DNA from: Trichoplax adhaerens
Lineage: Eukaryota; Animalia; Placozoa
Assembly: GCF_000150275.1 (NCBI RefSeq)
Contig: NW_002060945.1
Coordinates: 9,502,011-9,566,010, forward strand
Length of the DNA stretch: 64,000 bases
Direction of reading: 5' to 3'
Shown: positions 23,201 through 35,696 of the stretch, in pieces
Numbering within the stretch: position 1 is the stretch's first letter
Layout: each line of letters starts with the position of its first letter
Position numbers and translations under genes: made by a program
Notes under the pieces: model-generated
Told to the model about the DNA's origin: nothing
Database searches by the model: none
Seen by the model: the letters and a program-made list of their open reading frames with translations, nothing else

Positions 23201-25563
23201 TAAGTCAAGATTTGCGCCCATTGCGTGCATTAACAACACTAGTTTTGAAAAATATATCACAGCATGATCTAGTTAAACAAGTTATATCTGAGAACAATGG
23301 TATTCCGTTATTAATTAAAATGTTGCGCTTGGCTGATGATATTATTTTATCGCGTGTAGCTGTCGTTATATGCAATTTATCCACTGTTGATGGTAATCAG
23401 TTTAGTATTGCTGCAGGTGATGGTATTGAACCACTAATATCATTACTATTGAAGAATACAAATCACGATGTGTTAGTCAATGTCGTTAAAGCTATTAGTC
23501 TATTGGTTGAAAATAATCTTGATAATCAAACTGCAGTAGCTAATTTTGAAGCAACTGGCCAATTAGTTAAATTATTATCTACCCAATTTCCAGTTAAGTT
23601 GCGTGCACAAAGTGCAGCTGCAATATGTGCTCTAGCAACCAATCATCCAAAAAATCGAGAATTATTTGTTAAAGCAGGTGCTATACCTCCATTAATTGAT
23701 CTACTACAAATACGTAGTGTTAACTCACAAATACAAGCAGCTGCAGCATTAGAAGCATTGGCATCCGATAATCCTTATAATCAACGAGTTATGCTACATA
23801 TTAAAGATGCAGTCAAACCATTAATGCGATTATTAAAAGTTTGGGATATTCAAGTAAAAGAGCAAGCTGCTTCAACGTTGTGGGCAATTGCTGGTACTTC
23901 GATTCGTCAACGAAATGCTGTGTGTCAACGTATTGGTATTAATACTTTTGTTGACTTAATGCTGATGAAGTCTGAAAAATTGCAATTAGTATCATGTATT
24001 GCGTTAGAGGCATTAGCAAGTGGTTCATTAGATGATCAAGCTCGTATTGCCGAAGCTGGCGGTATACAGCCGTTAATTCGATTATTAAGATCGCCTAAAA
24101 CTTGCGAGCTAGTTCTATTAACAGCGATAAGATTACTTGGTTCGCTTTGTATTGGTGTCGCTCACACTAATAATCGTCCATTACAAAATGAAATTGCTCC
24201 AGAAGCTATACCATTATTAGTCGAGTATATGAATGATGCATCACATGAATTAATCCAAGTTGATTCAGCTTGTACGATAGCTTGTTTAACATTGAATAAT
24301 TCAACAACACAAAAACTGTTGCAAAACTACGAAAAATTCAATTACCAATTAATATTACAACTATTTGAATCAGATAATGAAGAAGTACGATTAAAAGCCG
24401 GTACTGCATTAACAACATTTGCATTTAAAGATGCTCGACAAAAGAATGCAATCGTTAAAGCAGGTGGTATACAATTGTCTCTTATAATACAATTTTTAGA
24501 GTCAAGCGATGAACTATTTCGTGTTAATGCTGCTTTTCAAATGATTGTATTAGCGCCCGTTATTAATAATTGTGACCAGGTTGAATTAACTGCAATTGCC
24601 ATCGAGCAGTTAATTAAATTATTAGAGTCTAGTGAAGAGACTACACAAATTTTAGTAGCGCGTGCTATTGCTAGCTTAGCCCATACAAGACCTGGTATAG
24701 CAGCTGCATTTATGACTTGTGGCGCTGTTATTGTTTTAATTAATAAGCTTGAAAAGTCTAAAGAAGAATTTGTACGTATTACATCGGCAATCGCTTTGGG
24801 CTATCTATCATTTGATAGAGCATCGGCACGTTTGCTATTAACGGCTTGTCGTAATTCTCCTGGTTTATATGAATCATTTCGAGGATATCTTGGTGACAAC
24901 AAAATATCTAAAAATTTTGTCGATAGTTGGAAGCTAGCGGAATCTGTTGGATTACCATCCAGCAGGTACACTAAAATAGAATTATTCCATCATCTTTTTA
25001 TCTACTGCTGATGCTATATCTATTATTTTATGTTATTTATAGCTTGACTAAGAATGGAGGTCCCCCAATTTTGACCACGACCAAAATGAGACATGGTTAG
25101 TTAAAAAATTAATTTACTATTATAATTGTAATGTACAAGCTACTTATCACTGATAATATATGCAGTAGTCCTAACAAATAGTATAATATATATTTTATTC
25201 TTAATTACTTTAGCTGGCACACCGATTGTATGTTCAAGACCAAAGACTGCATCCAGTATCGTTAGCAGAAAATCGCAGGCTACAAGTACAACCAGTTTTA
25301 GTATTGGAAGTAAGAAAACGGTTAAATTTGCTCAAAATAACTCTGTTATGCCTATTTTGCGGTCAAAATCTGTGGTAACTCTTGATAAATCGCTACCAAG
25401 CAAATTCTCTGATCTTAAATTAACCATTGCAAGAGGTGATGGAGAAAGTGGTAGTAAACAAATTAAAACAGTTAAGAAAGGGAACCAAGCTGATTCCACA
25501 ACAGTAAATCAATTACGTAGGCCAAAAACTGCAGCTAATCGATTTTCAAATTTTACTAGTTGA
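20248..25563 (+). CDS. ANKAR: Ankyrin and armadillo repeat-containing protein
   Basis: Exons 20248-22027, 22517-24965, 25043-25095 and 25214-25563 are phase-consistent. The N-terminal region (ELHQIIRELVTGIFVFNQIPSIYLEANYDQ...LPPAYLDTRVGQVLINIDY) is typical of ANKAR. It is followed by ankyrin repeats (TPLHLAA, GWAAIHHA) and many ARM repeats (GAIPPLIDLL, GGIQPLIRLL). Confidence 0.88.
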
Positions 25564-26360
25564 TTTTTATTATTATTAACAGATTGGCTATGTACATCGA
25601 TTTAATATCAGTGTAGCACTTTAACCTATTACTTTACATCTAAGAATTCATACATGTATTATCACTGTCCACGCAATTGCTGAATAATAGTATTGATATT
25701 GCAGTACTAATGCTCCAGCTGGATATTATAAATTTCGAGACTTTGACTTTGCCACCTATTTGTAGCGATTTTAACTATTTAATTTTAGAATATAATTTAT
25801 TCAGTTTTTCGCAATGTATAGAAATCTAGCTTTGACTTCTGCGATATGGTGTACAATATTGCTCGCAGGGTATTTATATATGCAGTAAACAAATTATTAT
25901 GCTTATCGATTTACGGTAACTATATTATTAAGAAGATAAGGTGAGACCTTGCATCTTCTGCGATAACGTTTCAGACCTTAAAAAGTGTCAAAGTGATCTT
26001 TCAAATTTTACTTTAAAATTGTTTATCTTAAAATTTTGTATTGGATTCCCGCTACGTATTACAATGTTACACTCTTTGGTATATTTCTTGAGATTGTTTT
26101 AACGTAAATACTTTGAGAGAATATTCATAAAACCTTACGATCAAATATACATAAGAGATAGTATCAGATATAGAAAAATCTGGTAGTCACTAAAAATGTT
26201 TCAGATCTTACATTGTGATTTCTGATTGTAAATTATACAATATTAACGATTTCCTTTAGACCAGAAGCAATAATAAAAATTCAATCAATATAACATAGTT
26301 AGCCGATATTATTGCATACTAAATTCAAAGAAAAAATTTATCTTTTAAAGTCCGTGTAAG

Positions 26361-28586
26361 CTAGACTTTAATATTGGATTTTGCAACTCTATCTGATAGA
26401 TCGACACCTAAAGGCCATCTGTAATAAGTAAAAAAAGAATTAGTTGGCGATAAAATAATAAGTTGTTAAAACCTACGCAATACTGTAGACATTGGATAGC
26501 ATAGCACGGTATCGTGTTAATACTCGCAGTTCGATATCAGTTAGGTAAACGATAATTGGAAAGGCCTATTATAGATTTTTTATGATGAACTTACTTGGGT
26601 TGATATATAACAGATTGGGGGTTTAAAATTGTCGCAGTGTTGGATTTAAGATGTTCTACACCAGCCCTAGTAAAATCATAAGCTATAACGGTCAAATTTT
26701 AATTATAAAACAATGGCAGTTACTAGTTACTTATATAGTATAATTAATTAATATTACACAACGTAATGTTATACCAGGCAATCATAATTCCGTTATCAGT
26801 ACACAAATACGGCGGAGGACAGGCAAGCTGGAATCCGAATGCTGTAGCACATTTATCGAGCTCATTTCTTATATAATTATTACAAGCAACACCTCCGGAT
26901 ATTACCTAAAGGAAGATGTATATAGAATTTATATTGTCATTACAGTTAAATACTGAATACGCGCATGTAGTTTAACAAGTATGTCAAATTTATAAAGGTA
27001 ATACCAAAGTTCGACATTTCGGATTGAAGGTTTTACAGAAAACCAATGCACGACGAACACGTTTAGCAATGTGCCACGTTAGATAATACTGAAATGAGGC
27101 AGCCATGTTAGCGGCTATCGTCATTTTTTGTTGATCCCAATCGCTTAGTGAAGCGAAAGATACTCTTTTTAAGTGAGCATTTACTGCAGACTTGAATCCG
27201 GCGAATGAAAAATTGCAGTTTCGCCTATTACAGCAATGCAAATGGCATAATATGAATGCTTACATATTATGAAAATATTACCATCAAAGCTAAAAAACTT
27301 TGCTTACACGCCAGCCATAATGTGAGGTAGTTTAAAAGCTTTCTCATCTCCCAATTTTGCAACTATTTCGATAGCTCGACCTCCTGCAATGTCGCCTACT
27401 TCGGGATGAGTATGTAATTCTAACGTTCGAGCAACCTAATAATTAGAATTGATCGCAAGTTAACAAATATAATAGTAAAGTATTTAACGTATTTGAATAC
27501 AATAACATGAAATATCTGTACCTTATCGAAGACTTCACCAGGGGCATCATCCAATGTAGAGCCTAAGCGATAAAATTCGCAAGGACCATTAACAACAGCC
27601 AGGATACAATGACCACCGGATACCAGTAAGACTAAATAGGGAAATTCGATACTATAATAATAAAAATATTGACATTGTCAAGATTCATTCATGATGTTAA
27701 GAATTAACAATTATACAGTAAATTGGATAAATATATTTAATACAACTTACGGATTTAGCATACGAACAGTTAATGCATGAGCAGCCATGTGATGAACAGC
27801 TATGAATCTCTTACTACAGTTCGAAATGAAGATAATTCCTTTATTGCTTTCGTGATTATATCGTATTAGCGGCCAGCCGATACTATCTTGCCAATTTCAA
27901 CTGGTATCATATTGTACTTACTTGTGCTGTTGTAATAGCTTCTTGCTATAATCTAAACCGACATTTAAACTGAAGGCTAATCCAGGTCCAACAGTTGTGG
28001 CGATTGTATGTATATCCTATAGATGAATAGTTAGGTTAACTATGATGATAGTAGGAAAATTTTAAGATTCAATGAATTGATGTTACCTCAATTTTTAAAT
28101 TGCTTTTATGCAATGCCGATTGTACAACTGCATGGATATTGCGTTCATGCAGTTGGGCAGCAGTTACAGGATGAATTCCCCAACCGAGACTATACAGAAT
28201 GAAGAATAAGGTTAGAATATCAGAATTAATATGTTGCCATTTAATTATTGTCTCAATGATGAAGAAACGAGTCTATACGATCGTAGCCTTTGCCATGGTG
28301 TAAGCAATGCGATAAGACAGATTCAACTATGTTTACTTAAGTTAACGCTAATAACTTACGGCTTGTGAATTGATGACTGCGATTGTAAAGCATCGCCTAA
28401 CAAACGACCTTGATCATCAACGATTGCAACACCAGTATCATCACAACTTGTTTCTATGCCCATGACTGTGGTATAATGACGTTGAAGAAGACACGATGGA
28501 GGTAATAACTTTGTTTTGAAGAATGTGAGAGGAACTCTACGAGTAGAGCAGCTGTTCCAAATCCTGCTGATATTCATCCTAGCCAT
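26361..28586 (-). CDS. OSGEPL1: Mitochondrial tRNA N6-adenosine threonylcarbamoyltransferase (Qri7/TsaD family)
   Basis: About 10 exons. An Arg/Ser-rich presequence-like N-terminus is followed by [58 protein letters not shown] and [10 protein letters not shown]. The last exon ends WPLGVDLS...NIKV* at 26361. Confidence 0.92.
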
Positions 28587-29660
28587 TGGCACACTGTAGT
28601 GTATCCAATTGCCAATACTAAAATAATTTGTATGCCGTAAAATGAAATGGATCGTTTGTGATCGTATTTAACGCTTACTATATAAGAGATATTAACGATC
28701 GAAATGACCACGACAATTTTGATAGTTTTAAGCGTATTTCCTTTCGGATACCATGTTGACACTCTTTGCCTACGTATACACTTGAACAATTCGTTCTAGC
28801 ACAGTGCTGGAATAATTGTCCTCATGAACGATCTATTTTAAGACAGTGATGATAACGTTCTTGTAGTGGATTGGTATGCTTTCCTTTTAAAATGTGTATT
28901 ATGTAGCGGATACAATAGTAGCGATGAGGAAAGAGCTCTATCGGAGCTGCAGCCTGCAGAGGTGGAGAAGCTTGCTTACCTACGAGTTTATTGGAGCTGA
29001 TAATTTTACAACGACTCTATTTTCTATCCCTGTATATCTAGGTATACATTGAACATTTAAGACTGGCTGTATACATGCATAGAAAAGTATGCAATTAGTG
29101 CATGAATATCTAAATTTGTTGGAGATCTCAAGACGTTGAATGCTTTGAATTTGCCTGCAAGCGCGGACTTACGATGGAAAACGATGGATAGCAAATCAGC
29201 AACGATACCCTCCCTACTCTCTACTGCATAGTATCTTTATACGATACGGCGCTCCTTATACAATATACTGATTCTTGGATTGGTGTACGGAACAGTAGAA
29301 TCACCTCATTCATTCACTCCAGTATCCGTTGTCCGATGTCCAATACAGTCTACAGTACGTTTCTACAATACAAAGTACTGTAGTGTCGTGTGTACTGTAC
29401 ACTCTGCGGTCATCATGACTTGCCAGTTTGCGATCAATTTTTGCGAATTTTTGACTCGATTTGGAATCTTTGGAGAGCTCTTGAAGGTAAATTTCAGTTT
29501 TAATCATCAGTTTAATTATGATAGGGCTTGAAAAAAAGAATATATACAGATCCATGCAGTTTGGTAGTGCCCAAATATACTTTGTACAACATTGCATAGT
29601 ACCATAATCCATTCATGCAACGGTGAAATATAGCAGTAGACCGGCGAAGTAGTGGACATG

Positions 29661-29970
29661 GACAGACAGGAAACTCTGCTCAGACGGACAGACATTTCTG
29701 CTTTCAGTACTTGTATAATGTCCTAACGCAGTTTTTCGATTCTGTAATTCGCTTATCGCTGTAAATTAAGTAACATTATATTGAAATCTGTTCTTTGAAA
29801 TCTACTTTAAAACGCTGGCATAAAGTCGCGAATGTTGTTAAATTGGTACAAGTAATTAAGAAAATGTACCGCTCAAGATCCATACAAAGTAACTCATTTT
29901 TCGATCATAAATAATTGGACCTCATTTGTGTTCAAAAAGTCTGTCTGTCTGAAGAATTTGCTGTCTACTC
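29661..29970. mobile_element. MITE-like element with imperfect terminal inverted repeats (about 300 bp)
   Basis: Left arm agacaggaaactctgctcagacggacagacattt (29664-29697) matches the reverse complement of the right arm at 29936-29968 (gtagacagcaaattcttcagacagacagacttt). The interior is non-coding. I found no clear target-site duplication. Confidence 0.45.
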
Positions 29971-30596
29971 TTCCAGGTGCATCGAGTAGTAGCTCCATGG
30001 ACTGGCGTTCAACAATGAATTTCTCAGAAAATTTTAGCCCCTTTCTTTAAAAATACTTGTAGCTTTTAAAAGCAGGAGTAAAACTAAATATTGCAGATTA
30101 GTAATTGGAACAAGACTTTAGGGGGGAGATGAAAATTGGTTGAGAAGTTCCTGAATATACAGTACACTGGTTCACCCCTTCTCGACAATCCAACAATCGC
30201 TATTCTAATACAGTATTGTATAGCACCGCGGTCATGCATGGAACACAGTAGTCGTGGAGTGAGATTTATATCAGACAATGCGACTGGATTGGACGTTTTT
30301 CACTGACGATCCATTCTCCTACAACATAGAATAGTATGGAACTGTACTCATACATGATACACAGTAGTCGGTGTCAAAATCTACCATGAAAATAACACCG
30401 CTCCGCTACAATCCTACTGTGCATTGTATAGAACCGCACTCATACATGATACACAGTTACTAAAAGAGTTGGACGGATGGTATAGACAGAAAGAGAGAGA
30501 GAGTGTGGCCGATCTATCCATCTTCATCACTACGATCGGATTGCGCTTCTTGATCATCAAATCATGGCCATCATGTCTACCTTTTAAGGCCAAGAA

Positions 30597-33500
30597 ATGA
30601 GTAAAATCGCTTGTATTGATCAACCTACAGGTTGGCATGGCCTACCCAACGAACTGAAAACCCATATTGCAAGCTATTTGAATTCTAGCGATATGTCTCA
30701 TTTATCGTTGGTAGATTGGCAATGCCGGGATTTGATCAATAGTCCTTTGTTATGGTTAGGCAAGACAATTGTTCTTAAGAAGAGGATAAGTAGTCAAGAT
30801 CCATTTTGGTCCACGATGAAAATTAGAAAGATCACTCAATTTGAGCTAGAAGATAAAGCTTGCGATCTGACTATTTTGAAAGCAATCGCTGCATTAGATA
30901 TGCCAATTACAGTTATAAAATTCGAAATGATCGATGATGATATGTTACGATGTATGATTCAATTTACTTCCATCACTCATCTTCAATTAAGTAATTGCTC
31001 CTATTTTGATCATCAAGTTTTATTGGATACTTTAATCCATCTCAATTACTTAACTACATTAGCTTTAGATGCTTACAACTCATTAACTGATAAAACACTC
31101 TATCAACTTTGCTCCAATTGTCCGTCATTATCAACACTGCGATTGCGATATTATCACAGTCCAGTGCCCATTAATCGTCGTAAATTTACCGGTATTGGTA
31201 TACGCAAAGCGCTAGCTACCTTAACTCGACTGGAAGAAATCGATTTCTCATTTTCTATCTTAGAAGATAGCCAATATGTATCGGATAATAGAGCCTGGAA
31301 ATCGACCTTTTACCTAATATTCTCGCCTATGAGATTAAAATTACATTTGCATGGTAAGTTGAGATGATTGATCAGTTCAATCCCCGCCTTACATTATTTT
31401 ATCAATCACGAGCTTGTTAGTTCAGCTTATTCTTACTTGTATAACCCACGTATTTTCAAACTACTCTTTGATTTTATAACCCTATTAATAGATCATCAAT
31501 ACTACGTGTCCCCAAAGATATATTTTATGATTAGTCAATAGGTATGTTTCCCTAGGAAACGATACTATTTTTACCCGTTAGAATATCAGCATCGACGCTA
31601 CCTGCACAAGTCACAGACTCACTTGTTCGAACTAGGAGAGTACTTGTCAAAGTAAAAATCAAATTACTTTTTGAATTGAATTTATTTGTAACCGATTGAT
31701 CGTCCATACTTGGTATCTCTAAGCTATAGCAATAACGATCAATTTTATGAATAGTCTTCCTTTTCTACGAATCTACTCGCTTACTTGACAGCTATGCCAT
31801 AGTTCTATCCTCTTAAAAGTACTAGTGAGAGAGTCCTCATAAATTAGTTACTTTATGATATAATCATTCCATCATAAGGGAAATGTACATCAATCTTCAC
31901 TTATTAGTATACTAATTTAAATCAAGCAAACGTTGGTTTGCTGCTAGCTATCAAATTAGCATTTTAAAATCCAATACTATATGTATTTTACCAAACTAGA
32001 TGGGCACACATAACATTGCCTTTAGGTACTCGTCCGTTCGTTAGCCCATTGACCATATAATAAAGGCGACTGATGGAAATCAGACTACACTTTTGGTAGT
32101 AAAAGTATAACTAAACTAAAAGGGCCTCTAAACAAGTACATCATAATCAGCTCACGATTATTTCATTAATAGCGTTGTGATCAACGAAATCGTTAAACTA
32201 TTTACAGCATAGTTGAAATGACGTTAAACTGGTATTGCAGGATGGAAAAATATGAGGATAAATATTCGTATATTTATATTGAACAACTATATCGTTTTAA
32301 CTAGAGTACAAAGTTATTGCAGGATCTGTCTGAAAATAATAACTTAATTTAAATAGTCATTTAATGTAGATATCTGACAATATTTGCATTTGTACCATTG
32401 ATTCCTTGGTGTATAGTGACAATTTTAGTTGATATTATGATCATAAAATGAGATTCTGATTGCAAACTGTTAATTGTACCAATCTGAACAAAATTGCAAC
32501 ATTATCAATTGGGTTACAGCTGCAGTTTTACACTTTTGCATACATTGGTGACGCCATCTACTGTTCTGGAATGAAGGAGTGTACCTAGTACATTTGGTAC
32601 TTACTCATACCTTGCAAAATATAATTAGATATTGACTAGCCAAGATTTCACGTAAAATTAAATGCTAAGCTTTTTTCCTGAATTAAAACCTTTTGATTTT
32701 GATGTAGGATTATCTTTAATTCAAACTGTTGTATAATTTCCAACATTCGATATTTCTGGCAATGCCCTAATATAATCTGTCCCAGTGTCGTATACCATTA
32801 TAGTGCTAACCGTTATGATACCTAATCAGAAGTAATTACTATGATAGCAAATTGAGATCTTATATGATCACCAATTGATCTCTGGTAATAAAAGAGGACA
32901 TTAGTACAACGTTACATTAGCCAATTACCATAACGTAATCTCGATGTCATATTAAAAATTACTGCCATTACTTTATTCTCATGGACATAATGGAGTGTTA
33001 CTGTATTAAAAGCATCAATTTTGTATTACAGTATGCTTTGACTAATACCCTGTTATGCATTGACAATTATGTAGATAAAGTTGGCGAGGTGGTGGAAAAT
33101 CCTTCTATAGTTATGAAATTAAAAAGAATCGTTTTAGCATATGCCAGAATTGAATTAACTTCCTTCCTAATGCAACATCATCAGAATTCTAATTTAAGCT
33201 GTTTGGATCTAAGTGGCCATTCGTTACCTGATCGGTTTGCACAGAAGCTAGTTAAAGCAATACCGACACTACGAGAATTAAATCTATCAAGTACATTAAC
33301 GATGATTAACACAACTAATTTTTTTTTCCAATACAAAATCGCGTGGATCCTAATTTAAATGGTAAAAAAATAATTACTATCGAAAGATTAACCCATTTTT
33401 GCCCTCTTTATTTTTAGATACAGACTGCGATAATTCAATGCTAGCAAAACTGGGCAAATTACCTTTAATCAAATTAAATATTGAAAAATGTTATAAAATA

Positions 33501-34065
33501 AATGGTTATGGTTTATACGAAATGGCTCTACTAAACGGCCGCAGCATTCAACATTTAGGTATGTTAAAGCATTTGAATACGAATACCCCCTTTCAATAAT
33601 TATACTTGCTCTTACTGATTAATTCTGTAGTAAATAACGATTTTTTATAACCGCACCAAAAACGACATTATCCGGTACCGGTTACGGAGTAGGTACTAAC
33701 GTTCGGTAAATTATCATTATTCTATTTACAGATATTTCATTTTGTGATATAGCGACTGAAAGATTGACTGCGGTGTCAGAGTTGTTTCCTAACCTAATAT
33801 CCATTTATTTAAGGTATCGCCAATTTATCTTGTTAAATCGAACAATGATTGTTCCAAGTAATAAGCCAGAAGAAGATTAACGTGATTTTATTTACTATTC
33901 TTCATTGATAGGGGGTGTAAGCAGGTAGACGACGATAGTTTTCTCGCTATTGGTAGCGGAAAATTTCTAAATTTTATTGATATTACTGGCTGTAAAAAAA
34001 TTACTTCCAGTACAGTGCAAGAATTACGATTAGTGAAACGTAACAAAATTTTAGTCAAACACTAA
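30597..34065 (+). CDS. F-box and leucine-rich repeat protein (FBXL-like)
   Basis: N-terminal F-box (WHGLPNELKTHIASYL...LSLVDWQCRDLI...LW) followed by cysteine-containing LRRs. Exons 30597-31353, 33075-33290, 33418-33558, 33732-33813 and 33912-34065 are phase-consistent. Confidence 0.85.
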
Positions 34066-34721
34066 CACAGATTAGTAACAACCATTATAAAAGTGTTAAA
34101 GATTACACGCAACTACTGCTAAAGTTATTGCTGACTTTGAATATACTATTGAAACCCCTTATTTACGTATATAAATTACACGGTCATAAAATGACTTCGA
34201 TTGGTGATGATTGATCCTTCCTTATGTTGTAAATATACGCTTATTGATTGCCTATGTCGATGTACCAATGTGTAATTATCAATCATATGAGTTTATATAA
34301 GTACAGTACTATAATAGCAGATACATGGTGCATAGGATATATAGTTGGATATTATACGTACTTTACCTGATTATGACAACATGTGCTGATAGATATTGAT
34401 AAGTTGAGTAATTAGAAGACTTATTATTTTGGAATAGTCTTGCAAGATAAGAAAACCTTATAGACTATGAATGAAGATACATATAACTGGATCATGACTT
34501 GTATCAACTAATATTTATATAAGCAATCTTAAATTCTATGAATATATTTAATCAAAATTATGGTATACATGACTGTATTTATACATAATACATTATTAAT
34601 GAAGAAAGAATTTGTAACTAGGCTTGACGGCTGATTAATAAAATGATACGCTATATATCCCACATGAAGGGTCCTCTCTTTATTAAACTGTCTATTTAGT
34701 TCTTAGTTTATTGTCTATATT

Positions 34722-35696
34722 TTAACTAGTAGCCAATTCAGGTTGATTTATTACGTCATTAATGGAATCAGGAACATAACGACGTGTGCGGCAGCATAAG
34801 GAAGTAATGATTCCCATTGCATCGCTATTCATGACTGTCATACTAATTGGAATGACTGCATAAAGGAAATAGGCAACCATTTGACATATTTGGGTAGTTA
34901 TCTTGATCACTGAATTGTGTGAAATAAGTTCAAATTGCTGTAAAAATTGCAATGCCATAAAAGGTAGGCTAGATAGAACATAAATTATAACCATAGCTAG
35001 GATCGGCTTAGTTGCTTTCCATGTTTTATTAGCTTTATGTGCTGCTTTGTTATTGGTACTATGTAAGCGATAACTACTGGAGCGATTTACTATAATTAAT
35101 ATAGCAATCGATGCTGTCATTGCTGTTAAAATTGGTAGTAAGGCGGTAAACATCTGCGAATAAGCAGAATACAAATTGAACATGTTAATATTGCCAGTAG
35201 GTTGGCATGATTGATGATTTAGTTGTAGCCATACTGCAACAGGAAGAATAGTTACAAATGATGAGAATAACCATAAGCAAAGAATAGCAATTACCACTCT
35301 TGATTTACTCATAATTTCCTCGTAACTGGAAGACCAACCAACTGCACATAATCTATCCATACTTAAAAGGCAGATATGATAGTGCATATTGATCGAAAAT
35401 AATGGATAAAATACTCGCTTAATCAGTTGGCATATTAATCCTAGATTTTCAAATGTAGTTTTACTCATTACAAGCGGTATTAGATATAGGATAGCAATAA
35501 CTATAACACAAATACAGTAACTACCGATAACAAGATTAGTTTTAGCACGAAGTCGAACTACCACCGAAATTAATAATAACTTGAATATATGAGTTATTAA
35601 AATCATAACCACAGTAGTATACCATCCGAGCTGGAGTAAAGTTGATAGAAACGAAAAACTAGCTTCTTCATTATCGATAACACTGGAATTACCCAT
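34722..35696 (-). CDS. Single-exon rhodopsin-class (class A) orphan GPCR
   Basis: 324 aa ORF with 7 hydrophobic segments. It has an N-terminal NSS sequon, a TM3 Cys and SMDRL, TM4 LWLFS...P, an ECL2 Cys, TM6 KATK...SSLPF and C-terminal CC. Confidence 0.85.
   Translation of the reverse strand: MGNSSVIDNEEASFSFLSTLLQLGWYTTVVMILITHIFKLLLISVVVRLRAKTNLVIGSYCICVIVIAILYLIPLVMSKTTFENLGLICQLIKRVFYPLFSINMHYHICLLSMDRLCAVGWSSSYEEIMSKSRVVIAILCLWLFSSFVTILPVAVWLQLNHQSCQPTGNINMFNLYSAYSQMFTALLPILTAMTASIAILIIVNRSSSYRLHSTNNKAAHKANKTWKATKPILAMVIIYVLSSLPFMALQFLQQFELISHNSVIKITTQICQMVAYFLYAVIPISMTVMNSDAMGIITSLCCRTRRYVPDSINDVINQPELATS

Noticed and set aside
27770-27800. OSGEPL1 HHMAAH instead of HHMEAH as a sign of inactivation
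   Set aside because: Both metal-binding histidines and the other catalytic motifs (SGGH, TDNG) are intact.
28920-29000. C/D-box snoRNA-like segment (gatgagga...ctga)
   Set aside because: The box C is imperfect, with no convincing terminal stem or recognisable rRNA guide. The region more likely holds an OSGEPL1 5' UTR exon, with a minus-strand donor at about 28979 and an acceptor at about 28594.
30340-30460. Short repeat actcatacatgatacacagt (x2) upstream of FBXL
   Set aside because: The repeat is real but only about 20 bp in two copies, too little to support a functional claim.
31582-31651. Possible extra FBXL exon
   Set aside because: Exons 31353 and 33075 already join in phase, the candidate peptide has no LRR character, and its donor phase would not fit.
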